A stretch of 64,000 nt of DNA, from the NCBI GenBank assembly GCA_008632985.1, contig QPGO01000138.1, positions 124,001 to 188,000 on the forward strand. The letters run 5' to 3'. Under the pieces are notes generated by a model. That model did no database searches. It worked only from the letters and a program-made list of their open reading frames with translations, and was not told where the DNA came from. The DNA comes from Psammoneis japonica (lineage: Eukaryota). Positions 40,814 to 51,557 of the stretch are shown in pieces; the first letter of the stretch is position 1; each line of letters begins with the position of its first letter. A program made the translations under genes and the position numbers.

Positions 40814-42890
40814 TTTCGGATCTCCGACGCTGCCCGTTTTCTCCTCACCGAGATGTGACGAATGTCAGCGGGATGACCTTGAAAGAGGGACTAACCGTCT
40901 CGTCATCTGCCGCTGAAGTGCCTCTTTCTCCGCAGATTGACATGGATGCCACCCCTGCCACTGCCAAGAAGGCATCATTCGACACCAGTGAATTGCCAGA
41001 CGATGACCCTGCTCCTCAAGAAGACACCGTCGATGCTGCTCCCACTCCGGATCCTTTGGAACAGGGGAGGGAAGCCTCAGAAACACCGGATTTCGAGGAA
41101 TGCATTGATCTCACCTACGATGACATGGCCATTGAAGATGGTTTTGCTGCAGTCAATTCTGTTCAAGTTGCTCCGATTGATCCATGCCAAGCGACTCACT
41201 CTCCTGCACCAGAACCAATGTGCTCTACTTGCTCTGTCCATGGGGTCAATTTTGCTCCGAATGAACGTTGCGCTCAACTCGACACAGGTGCTGACATTGC
41301 GTGCACAGGTGACCGTGACCTCCTCCATCGATGCCAAGAATTCACTCCGTCTCATCCCTGTCCCCTTGCTGTCAATCCCACCCTTGGCCATCACGCTGTC
41401 CCAGTTGGTTTCGGATGCCTGCGGATTCCTGCAGAGAACTCTGCCGGATGTGTTGAGGTTCGCACATGCTGTCACCCGCAGATCCAATCTATGTTGGTCG
41501 ATGAGCGACTGCTGCTCCATCAAAATGGTGCTCGTCGCGCAGATTGCAATGTCAATTGTGTTCTCAAGTTCCATGATCTCGGCACCTGCAAGTTTGTTGC
41601 ACGACACCGATTGCGCAAGAGTTAGGATGTCATTGTTCATGGGAAATTGATCAATGGAAAATGTTTCACTCACCCTCTCATTCTCCCGGAATCTAACGAC
41701 GAACTGGATGCATCTGTCAAGCGCCTCAAGACTGGTGATCCTTCTTTTGCCAATGAGTGTGAAGCGGTCTCTGCGCACATGATTGAGACTTGTCGTACCC
41801 ACCAACATGAAGCTCTTTGTCATGAACGCAAGTTGATCCCCCGTGTCTGTCAAGACATTCCTTTCGAGAAGCATGCTGAGAAGAATGTTCCTGTCCAGTC
41901 TCTCAAGGCCGACACGGAACGTCTTTTGTGGCATCAGCGACTTGGTCATCCGAGTGATCACTGCCTTTGTGGTGCCCACAAACACGTTGACGGCGTCCCC
42001 AAGTTTGCTCACGGAACCTCTCCCCTCGACACTTGTCCTGCATGTGTACAAGCAAAGCAGACGAAGGAACCTGCCAGTCCGAACACTGCTCTCACTGCCA
42101 CCCAACCCCGCCAAGGCCTTGCGATTGATTTTTCCTTCTCTGGCCTGCCCTCCAAGAACTCGGAGCGCACCAAGGACTGTGTTGGATTGAGTGGCGAGAC
42201 TTGTTGGATTGCTGTTTACGATCATAAAACAAAGCGTCTCCATGGTGCGACTCGTGTCTCCAGAGGAAACCCCTTTGACTTGGCTTCGCCACTTTCTGGA
42301 AGAGCACTCGCCAAAATGTCCAGACAAACATGCATTCATGGATCAAGGAGGTGAATTGCATCAAAACCCAGAAGTTCAACGACTCTTTGAGGATGACTTT
42401 CATCATGCAATTCGTCCTGCGGGAAAAGATGCTTCAAATCAGAATGGCCCAGTGGAACGCAGTCATTTGTCTGTTGCCAACGCCATCCGGGCGATGCTCA
42501 TCGGTGCCGATTTGCCCACAAAATTCTGGCCCTGTGCTTTTCATCATTTCATTCGAATCAACAACACTGTGCCATCCCGCGGACAACCTGCTGCTCCGAT
42601 TGCTCTCGCCACTGGTTGGAAGGATGATTTCAAGAACTTTCGCATGTTTGGTTGTCGAGTGTGGGTGCGTGCATCGAATCACCACCCCGCAAAATTTCGG
42701 TCCGTCTCTTGCAAGGGAATGTTCTCAGGCCATCTTCTGGACACCACCAAGAACATCCCATGGTGTGATCCTGAGACATCGCGTGTCAAGCTTGCCAAAC
42801 ACATCCACTGTGATGAGGGCATGAATGATCTTCCCCACGACGCTCTTCCGCCGAATGCAGTTCACTTGGAACGTGCTCAAGATGGCAACA
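40786..42890 (+). mobile_element. Copia pol 5' half (protease, GAG-pre-integrase, integrase), degenerate and truncated
   Basis: AQLDTGAD protease; LWHQRLGHP..CPACVQAK; IDFSF, DQGGEL, QNGPVERSH, FWPCAF, FGCRVWV. Confidence 0.88.
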
Positions 42891-42925
42891 CCTCTGTCAC
42901 TGTCGACCTTCGGCATTCTGTCAGT

Positions 42926-43066
42926 GCCAGGACTGTGACAACACGAGCACCAGCAGATGAGAAAGTGAGAAGCAGATCTCAGAGAGATCTGCTTGTCCAT
43001 CTAAATGGTCTGGCCATCATCCACATCCAGTCTGTCCATCCTGCAACAGGTGCAGATGGGCTGACA
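42926..43066 (-). repeat. Partial LTR C abutting an inverted LTR end (~42888-42922)
   Basis: Matches LTR A/B/D; PPT at 43067-43079. Confidence 0.85.
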
Positions 43067-43246
43067 CCCTCCCCTGATCTGCAATGTCTCAACATAGAGA
43101 ACAGTGCAGATCAAACCAAAGAACAGGGATGATGTGAGGAAAAAAGACAGAGAGACCAGACACAGGACACAACAAGTGTCCATGCCCAATGCGCCATCAA
43201 ACAAGGGGGCAACACGCAGCAGGGAGGCCACCGCGGAAAAAAAATG

Positions 43247-45895
43247 TCAACAGCAGTGTCCCATCATGCGTCGAGCATGGCGGGCGTGTGACACCCAGCC
43301 AAGAGCCTTGGCAAGGTCATCGCTGGGGTTGACAATGCCAGGGACATGTCTTGTGACAATCTTGCCCGCTTCCTTCCATTCTTGAATCGCAAAAAACTGG
43401 ATCTCAATGTGACGGGAGTGCTCGGTCGGAATCGAGTGATTGATGATCTTGATCGCCGATTCGTTGTCAACATGTGACGGGGTTGGCTCCGTCTGAGGGA
43501 AGCCTGGGTCGTGCAAAACGTGATGAAGGTGCAGGACATGCTTGGCAGCAGTTCCAGCAGCACAGAATTCAGCTTCTGTAGATCTCGCAGCGGTCACCGA
43601 TTGGGTCTTGCACCGAAAAGACACAGCAGCACCAGCCAACATGCAAGCACAGCCAGTCGTAGAACGACGGTTGCGGAGGTCATTGCCACAAGCAGCATCC
43701 AAGAAAGCAACGAGTTGATGATCACATGCAGGTCAAGGGAACGATGGTGAGGTCGGGTCCGGAGTGAGACGTTCGAAGGGGCAGGCAGGTAGTTTTGAGT
43801 CTCGGGTGGGCTTTTTGTGGTTCAATTCCCAATGCTCAGTGCGTCGAAGGTGCTTGCATGTTCCTTTGAGCGCGTCACAGTGAACCACAGCAGGACAGGT
43901 CGAGAACTTGGAGAGAGCAGTGATGGCATGCCCAATGTCCAGTCGACAGACAACGTGCGCATGCAACAACTCGCCAAGAAGAGTGCGGCAGCCGAAACCA
44001 GCAGCTTGTTGTGGCTCCGCATGCTCCGGGGTTCCTTCAGCTGGGCCAATGGCAGTGTGCAGTTCACGAACAGAGTCAACAGGGAGTGGTGTAGCCTTGC
44101 AGTCGTCGTCGAGTTCCTCGTCCGTCGGTGTCGACCAACCATGTGAGGCACAAACCCGATCTACACAGCTGTGAACAGCAATGCCAATGGAGTCGTCACA
44201 CTGATGAACATCTGCACCATTGAATTCGTCAATCATGCCAAGATGCTTGAATGGCGGAGAGGTTTCCAAATCCAATTGGAGAGCTTTGCCAATCCTGTCG
44301 TAGATCTTGATTGCAACAGACTCTTCAGGACAAGCGAGAGAGAAATCATCAACCTGATGGAGGAGCAAGATCTTTTGTCCTTCAAAAGCAGCAGAGCAGA
44401 CACATTTGTCATGAGTGGTGTTGCGAAAAAGCAGGTTCACATCAGACAAAACACCATTGATGTGTGTCTCCCAGAGCACACCGGCTTCTGGGTGTCCTTG
44501 GAGTGCATGTTGCATCGGAAGTGCCATGCTCCTGTCCAAGTCAATGCCAAATCGAGCCTTGCACCAGGTCGCGCATGCCTCGTCTGTGGCAACACACACG
44601 GGATGTGACGGTCGTGGAGAGTGTGCACAGGCATCACGAGCATCCCCACCAAAGACAGGACAGCTCATGGTCGCAGCAAGGGCAAAAAACATGCGTTGGA
44701 CAGGTTGCTCGACACAGGATGAGTGCATCAAGTAGAGACGATGTAGGATCGACGCAGCACGGGGAGATCCATTGCAGCACTGTCGAGAGTGCCGTGTGCC
44801 ATCATGCTTGAGGTCACATTGCCAATGCGGACAAAGTACGATGGCATCCTTGGGTCGTTTAATCGGTGCACCAAACATCCCCAACTCATGGAACTGGTCA
44901 AGTTGTTTGAATTCACCTGCATGCCATTCGGGCCACGTGTCCAACTTCTTGAGACGATGGCGGGTGAAAGTGCCCAAGGCTTGTTCCTCTGGAGCAATGG
45001 CATGAGATGATGTGGCACAGATGTTGACCACACCATTGTCACAATCGACAAAGAACGGCGGAAGGACATCGTCATCATTCGTTTTGGAGAAATCAATGTT
45101 GGGGTGGCGGACAGCAGCAACAGCATGCATGTCGGCGTTGGTGATTTCCGGAACATGCTCATCATCAGGATCAGGAGTCGGTGCACATGTGTTGTGTTCC
45201 ATCAGAGCACGTTGTAGAGCTTGAGAGTCCAGGCGACGTTCCGGCGCGAATTCAACGTCAAAATGAGTCTTGCCAGAATCACAGACTTGCTGAAAACATT
45301 TGACAGCCTCCTCTGCCGTGAAGACAGGGTGATCATCGATCGATGCGACATGCGCACCCTTGATCTTGTTGCGGGTGGCCTTCAAAGAAGAGAAAAGACG
45401 CGCAGCAGGAGAACCACGTTTGATGTCAGAGACAAATGCTCACCGACAGAGATCGTCTGTAGCCAAGGAAAGTCCAAACGTGGGATCAGCAAATGGTCCC
45501 TTCATCGTGCGCTTGATGGTCTTGGCAAAAGGATTCCCATGAAAGTGAAACTCATCCATCGTGGTTTCTTCAGTCTCGGCAGGTAAAGCCTTGCCATCTT
45601 GAGCACGTTCCAAGTGAACTGCATTCGGTGGAAGAACGTTGTGGGGAAGATCATTCATGCCCTCATCATGGCAGATGTGTTTGGCAAGCTTGACACGCGA
45701 TGTCTCAGGATCACACCATAGAATGTTCTTGGCAGTGTCCGGAAGACAGCCCAAGAACATTCCCTTGCGAGAGACAGACCAAAATTTGCGGGGCGGTGAT
45801 TCGACGCACGCACCCACACTCAACAACCAAATGTACGAAAGTTCTTGAAATCATCCTTCCGACCAGCAGCGAGAGCAATCGGGGCAGCAGGTTGT
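43247..45895 (-). mobile_element. Copia pol 3' half (integrase tail, RT, RNase H), degenerate
   Basis: ALQGHPEAG, HQVDDF, CRLDIGHAITALSKF, DAACGND..RRSTTG, STEAEF, DNESAI, HIEIQFFAIQEW, NPSDDLAK. Confidence 0.92.
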
Positions 45896-46075
45896 CCGTG
45901 GCAGTGTCGAATGATGCCTTCTTGGCAGTGGCAGGGGTGGTGTCCACATCAATCTGCGGAGAAAGAGGCATTTCAGCGGCAGATGACGAGACGGTTAGTC
46001 CCTCTTTCAAGGTCATCCCGCTGACATTCGTCATGTCTCGGTGAGGGGAAAACGGGCAGCGTCGGAGATCCGAAA

Positions 46076-48125
46076 CTAGCTGTGACGGCCCGATTGAAAA
46101 TCCGAAGGCGGAGCACCAGATTTAGTCGAATTTTCAGGGTTTTCATGATGGGGGGGAGCAGGCCTTGGGGTCCTTGGAACTCAGAAGCATGCACAGCTGC
46201 CTCCCTCTTCAAGAATTGGCAAAAGCGGACATGGAATCCCTTGATGTGCAGATTGTTCTCAAGACTGGACAGTCGTCAAATGAGTGTTCACCGGAGCAGA
46301 CGAGACACGGTTTCTTGGAAGCTTCAGTCAGAGTGACTTTCAGCTCACAAACTGAAGCCGAGTGGACATGGTGAAGGAGTCGATCTTCGTCCGTGGAGGG
46401 GAACTCAAGTCCATGTAACTCGTCGCAAAGAGTGTCGAAGGCATCCGAAGAGAGAGATTCTGCACCAGCATCTTCAACAGCAGAGTCATCGACTGGTTCA
46501 AGTGGAGGGATCTCGGGGACCTGGAGAGCATTGACATCAACAGTCGTGCGTCGTGTTTCCTCATTGGCACGATTCCATTTACGGCAGGGATTGGATGGTG
46601 TCGTACGGGTGTCAATGGATGGACCATCTGGTTGGCGGAGGAAATCAGAGAGAGTCTCGACAATCTGTGCATCGGCGCACTTCTTCTGCACAGCTGGAGA
46701 CTTCCGTTCATCTCTGGTGGCACGAGATAAGAACTTGGAGTGCTCAGTGTTCTTGACAAAGATGGTCATCTCCCGTGGATCACTCAACGTAGAGTCCACA
46801 TCAAAGATGCATGCACGCAGCTGCAGGAAATCATTGAAAATCATGTGGTGGTCCGTCAAAGATCGATTGCCTTGGGCAGGATGGGAATCAACTAGTCCTG
46901 CAGCATCATGGTCAAAAGCAGGGTGATTCTCGCAGACAATCTGCTTGAGAGCCTTGCACCCGTTGCCGCAGCATGATGCAACAATCCGATGACACTTGCT
47001 GTTCTTGGGGAACATGTCTGACTTGGATGGGATCTTGTGGAGAGAGCTCTGGGCTTCCTTGCAGTGGACGTACATGCGCTGGGGTAAGTCATCATCTTTG
47101 CCATTTCCAATCTTGAAACCTTTCTCACCACCGTGGTCCTTGGCAAAACACCACAATGGAAACATGCAGCAACCTGAATCAAAGGCATGACGTTGGAAAT
47201 TTTGGCACCATGCTTGCATCCCAGGGGGAGAGTCGTCATGACACACAGGAGGTTCCCTGAACAGCATTTTCTGATCAGGAGTCGAGCTCATGATGAAAAG
47301 GGTGCCATTGTCAAGGATGATGCGATCGGGTGCATCAACACAGTGATGGAATCCATGGTCGCAAGGGACGAGAGAGCTCTGAAGAGTGACTTTTCCATCT
47401 TCTTTGCAGTCGTAGCGTGCACGAACATCTGGAGGAAGTGTGTTCGGATTGAAGAGGTATTTCGATGTCACGGAGGATGCAGCACTTCCAGACGTCTCAG
47501 CAGAAGCTGCAGAAGGCGGAGCATGGCTCTACGCGCATGCATTGAGTGCAGTGACTGAGTCAGTCACAGTCAATGTAGCAGGTCCTGTGGGTTTCTGAGA
47601 AGAAGACGGAGGCTGCTGTTTCTTCTGGCAGGGCACAAGACAGAACTCGTTCAAATTGCGATAGTTCCACAGCATGTCTGGATCAACATGCACATGTTGG
47701 GCAGATGTGGCAATGAACAGAGATTGTCCACCATTCTGAAGATTCGTCTTGATCATCTTTGATGAGATCGGAGTCGTCAGGCGGACTGGACGAGGCCTTT
47801 GAGGGTCAAGAAGTCTGAACAGGGCTTGATCCATAATCGTCTTGATTGATTCCATGTCCGTGGGATCAGCTGTGCAAGGTGGAAACGCTTCGTGGATGAA
47901 ACAATCGCGGAGCATGTCCGCAAAATCATTCTTGGGTTGCGTGTGCTCTGGATCGTCAAAAAATTGATCAAGATCAGTTGTGGAGTCCGCACAAACCGTG
48001 TTCAGACACTGATGTAGATGTGGTGTTGTTGTGTGTGCCTCAAATTCGCAGCAGATCTCTGCAATTGACGCAGGAGCGGCTTTTGCAAGGTCGGGAGACG
48101 CCATGGTTTTAGTGGGTGGAGCCAT
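46076..48125 (-). mobile_element. Copia gag, copy 2 (frameshifted); protease and integrase deleted at ~45895
   Basis: Translation nearly co-linear with 38762-40813. Confidence 0.88.
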
Positions 48126-48303
48126 TTTTGGTCATGCACGCGCAGAAATCTGGTGTGTTTCTACGGTCGTGAAAAATGCCAGGAAAGCGAGACAAAAAGT
48201 TGTCGGATCAGATGATGAGGCTCGCTCGATCGGCTCACAAAACAAATGAATCGAAACAGAGGGCTTGGCGCAGAGGTCTGTGGCACAGCGCATGGCTACA
48301 ACC

Positions 48304-48497
48304 TGACAGAATGCCGAAGGTCGACAGTGACAGAGGTGTGAAAGACTCCCTAAAGCACCAGGACTGTGATGACACGAGCACCAGTAGATGAGAAAGTGAG
48401 AAGCAGATCTCAGAGAGATCTGCTCGTCTGTCCAAATGGTCTGGCCATCGTCCACATCCAGTCTGTCCATCCTACGACAGGTGCAGACAGGCTGACA
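48304..48497 (-). repeat. LTR D (5' LTR, 194 bp) followed by PBS-like GGTTGTAGCC
   Basis: Aligns with LTR A/B; TSD adjacent. Confidence 0.9.
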
Positions 48498-49263
48498 GTT
48501 GGAGAGTGTTGCCTTGCAAATTGCAGACATGTTGCATTGGCACCTGGTCATTGACAAGGACACCCCTCTTCTGTTCATTGTGGGAAAAGGAAGCAACGGT
48601 GCAAGTGCCATTGAGGCTGCCAGGATTTTGCATTTTCAAGGCTTTTCTGTCAACGTGGTTTCTCTTGTTTTGCCAACTGACAAAAACTTGAGACCCAACA
48701 TGTCAGAGCAATTGGAGCTCTGCAAGCAATTTGTTGGATGTGACATTTTTCATCCTCTTGACTGGGAAATTGTCAAGCTGCACAACAAAGGTGTCACTGT
48801 GCTTCACCGTGGTGAAAACCGTAAGCCATGAGTTTGCAATGAAGGTGTGCCGGCAGACTCACTTCAAAATTGTGTTCCTCAGCTGTCAAATGATTGATAT
48901 GATGCATTCGTCTGGTGCCGGAAGACTGCGTTTTTGAGAAAGATCGATGATTGGCGTCATCGTCGTGCTTCGATCGCCGATCGCGGTGTTTGATCAGTGG
49001 TGCATTGGTTTCATGTTATTATTTTCGTGCGCGATCGGGTGCGAATAAGAATAATTTTTGTATTCAAAAATACACACTTATAAATAGCTTTATTGAAATG
49101 TCATTGTAATTTTAGGATAAACCCGGGACTGACTACCCTAAAGTCTGCCATCAAAATTGGCCCAGAACTCTCCACGGTCCGCAGTGTGGGAGTAGCCAAT
49201 GGCGATAAGGCTACCAGGTTGTCACCGTTCGTACTTTTAACAAAGCTCGGCCGACGCTGATTA

Positions 49264-50233
49264 TTGTTTCTTGCGAGACTCTATCGTACACAGATATCAC
49301 TTGCGTGGTTTGCCTTGCCCTCGGAGGCTCTCGTGTGGTTTCCAGGACTGCTTTGTCGTTGCTCGGCATCGTTCCCGCGAAAACCGCATGTTAGCACGAT
49401 GACAACAACAAGAATGACAACAACAAATCTCCTACGCTTGATCCCAGAGAACGATACTCTCATCATCACTGACACATCGTTGTGCTCGACTGCTCGAACC
49501 GTAAAGTCATCGAAGAAGAGGAGGAGGAGGAAAAATAAATTGGTGAGTGTTTTGCAGCTGGGCTATTGTAGAAATCAAAATTTGACCGTTGTAGAATCGG
49601 CGTCAGTTTCGAGAAAAAACTCACTTTTTTCCTTCACTTTCCCTTCATGATGGAGGTTCCAAATAGCATTAATCAATGCCCCCTTCCTGGTATGTAGTAA
49701 ACGCACCGGGAGACCAACAGCGGGTTGTCCGTTCACAGTTGGCATTTTGTGGTCGAGTTCTCACACGTGTTTGCTTTACGTTGCCTCTTCATGTAGATCC
49801 GCTGAGACGTATCTTGGATGGTCTCACTGAAAAGCAAAAGGAAGACACACATTATCTGCTACTGTTTCCCGGTGATTTACCTGATGTGAGGCTATACTGC
49901 AGACTTCAACTCCAGAAGTGGATTGGCGAAATAGGAGCGGCGGCGTTTGTGGATGGCCTTTCCGATCAAGTTCTATTGGACTACCGCCGCAAAGATGATG
50001 AATCGGTTTCGGATTTGTCCAGTGAGGGCGACGACGGTCACCTTTGGAGTGAACGTCCCCGTGCTGGGCTCCCTCGCCTGTCTAAAGGAGCATCTTCCGC
50101 TCTGTCTCAGGGCGATGAGGTCCAGGGGATGCATCCAAGTAACAGTGTCTCTGCGACTGGTGCTACCGCTGGGAGTGTAGATTCCTATCCTAGTGATGAG
50201 ACACCTGGCAACGGAGTGCCAAGGCGTTCATAG
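49264..50233 (+). CDS. Hypothetical protein, exon structure uncertain (last exon ~49798-50233)
   Basis: Open frame with normal composition after an AG acceptor; no recognised motif. Confidence 0.3.
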
Positions 50234-50702
50234 ATGATCCTTTGCAATGTGATGAGCTGTCCCGGTGGTTTATCACGATCCCGTATTTCGCAACTACACT
50301 CATCGTCGCCTATAATTCCTTACAAATAGCACAACACGTTCTGATTCATGGTTCATCATTCTAGGTTGACAACACAGTGCCGTCGTCCGCGTGCGAGTAA
50401 CGCCTGAGCATCGGCTGGTTCGCTCTCTTGCCACGGTAGGTGCTTCTGTATCCGCAAGTTAGAGTTTCTTAAGGCTTTCTATCTAACCGACATCTTTCAT
50501 TTGTTTTGGCGTTTGTTTTGGCGCGTCTGAGGTGTTCGAAATGCGAGCATTTTTGTGTTGTGTGTCGCCTCATTGTTTGTTCGGTTCTGCAGAGTTTGCT
50601 GTTTTGCTTGCTTTTCTCCTTGCTTTTGTGCTGAACCTTTCCCTTTCCTCCAGTCACAAATCTTGAAACAGGTGTCGTCTCTCTCACCCAACACAAGCAA
50701 CA

Positions 50703-51295
50703 ATGAAGTTCACCGGCCGTGCCGCTGCTGCGTTCGCCCTTGCCCTTTCTCTACGGAGTGCCTGTCCCGAAGACGGTACATCTTCTGAAGCATTTGAAAT
50801 TCCCACGTGCAACTACATTGATTGTCTCGGCACGGTTCTGGACAGCATTGGACGCGAAACATTCGGTGATGCCAAGCTCGATCGACGTTCCCGCATCGCC
50901 CATACGAGACTTGCTGTTGCAAAAGAAGCCATGGAAGAGGGCGGGAAAGGCATCCTGGGGTCGCTTAATACGCTCATGAATGTGAACGCGCGTCTTCAAA
51001 GTATAGCATACAGGGCTGCCATGAAAAACAATTTGCAGGCAGAAGAATCATCAACGAAGCAGCAAAAACGTTGAGCCCGTGTGCAGCGGAACTCATGGAA
51101 GGCATGATTTCCATTTTGCCCAAGAGGGAATTGAGCGACTTTCTTAATCCTGGAAGGGCGACGCGAACGTTGGAAAGGGTAAAATCCCTTATCGAGGAGG
51201 GTAGATACGCAAAGAGTGCATATAGGTCCGAACTTGGAATAGAACGGATGACCGCCAAATTCGAAAAAGAACGGATTCGGTTCAGTTGTTTTTAA
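50703..51295 (+). CDS. Hypothetical secreted protein (one frameshift near 51025)
   Basis: Signal-peptide-like MKFTGRAAAAFALALSL; adding one A in the A run joins ORFs 50703-51074 and 51071-51295. Confidence 0.45.
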
Positions 51296-51557
51296 GATCA
51301 TTAGAAGAGACTGCTTCAGAAAAGCGAGTCCATGAAACCATGTAGATAGAATGGCGTTTCTTCTTATATCATAAAACACAGCATTGTACTACCAGCATAC
51401 CGGTAAGCTACACGGTGCTCCCAGCCGTAATTATGAAGTCGCTCTTCTCGTTTTACCCAAAAACCAAGCCACCCGTGTATGTGTTGTGTCTTCACGCGTC
51501 TATACCATGTAAGTATGGCAACGCTGTATTGCTCTTTTAGCGTGTTCAATCCAAAAG

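Larger units (their letters stand above)
37919..48497. mobile_element. Rearranged Ty1/Copia (CoDi-like) composite with 5-bp TSD GTTGG
   Basis: GTTGG at 37914-37918 and 48498-48502; outer 194-bp LTRs with TG..CA ends; gag, protease, integrase, RT and RNase H fragments inside. Confidence 0.92.
37855..48790 (+). pseudogene. YjeF_N / NAD(P)HX epimerase-like gene split by the Copia insertion (5' part ~37855-37918, 3' part 48498-~48790)
   Basis: Removing the insertion gives DEVRSIDLDAADELG*A*VLESVALQIA..LFIVGKGSNGASAIEAARILHFQGFSVNVV, matching the YjeF_N pattern (ExRxID..LMExAG..GxGNNGGD..AARxL). Confidence 0.7.
31040..48900. other. TpA-depleted hypermutated domain 3 (older part 31-37.9 kb lacks both TA and CG; Copia part keeps many CG)
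   Basis: By eye no TA and no CG in 33181-33780; Copia region has frequent CG but rare TA. Confidence 0.92.

Noticed and set aside
41077..42339. 420-aa antisense ORF in Copia pol (likewise 28052-28903 and 52186-52935)
   Set aside because: Shadow ORFs opposite real coding frames with no recognisable motifs
38762..45385. Alternative genetic code (TGY/CAY read as Tyr)
   Set aside because: Neighbouring host genes use standard Tyr, Cys and His at conserved positions, and the two gag copies differ reciprocally
38762..48125. ADAR-type RNA editing of the retroelement
   Set aside because: Both A->G and T->C occur on the sense strand, and non-retro sequences (YjeF_N relic, 3' UTR duplicate) are affected
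31040..48900. Classical fungal RIP as the explanation
   Set aside because: RIP produces CpA->TpA and TpA-rich, stop-rich DNA; here TpA is depleted
50487..50751. Short TA-free stretch as a fifth mutated domain
   Set aside because: Only ~265 bp, pyrimidine-rich and promoter-like with CG retained; could be chance
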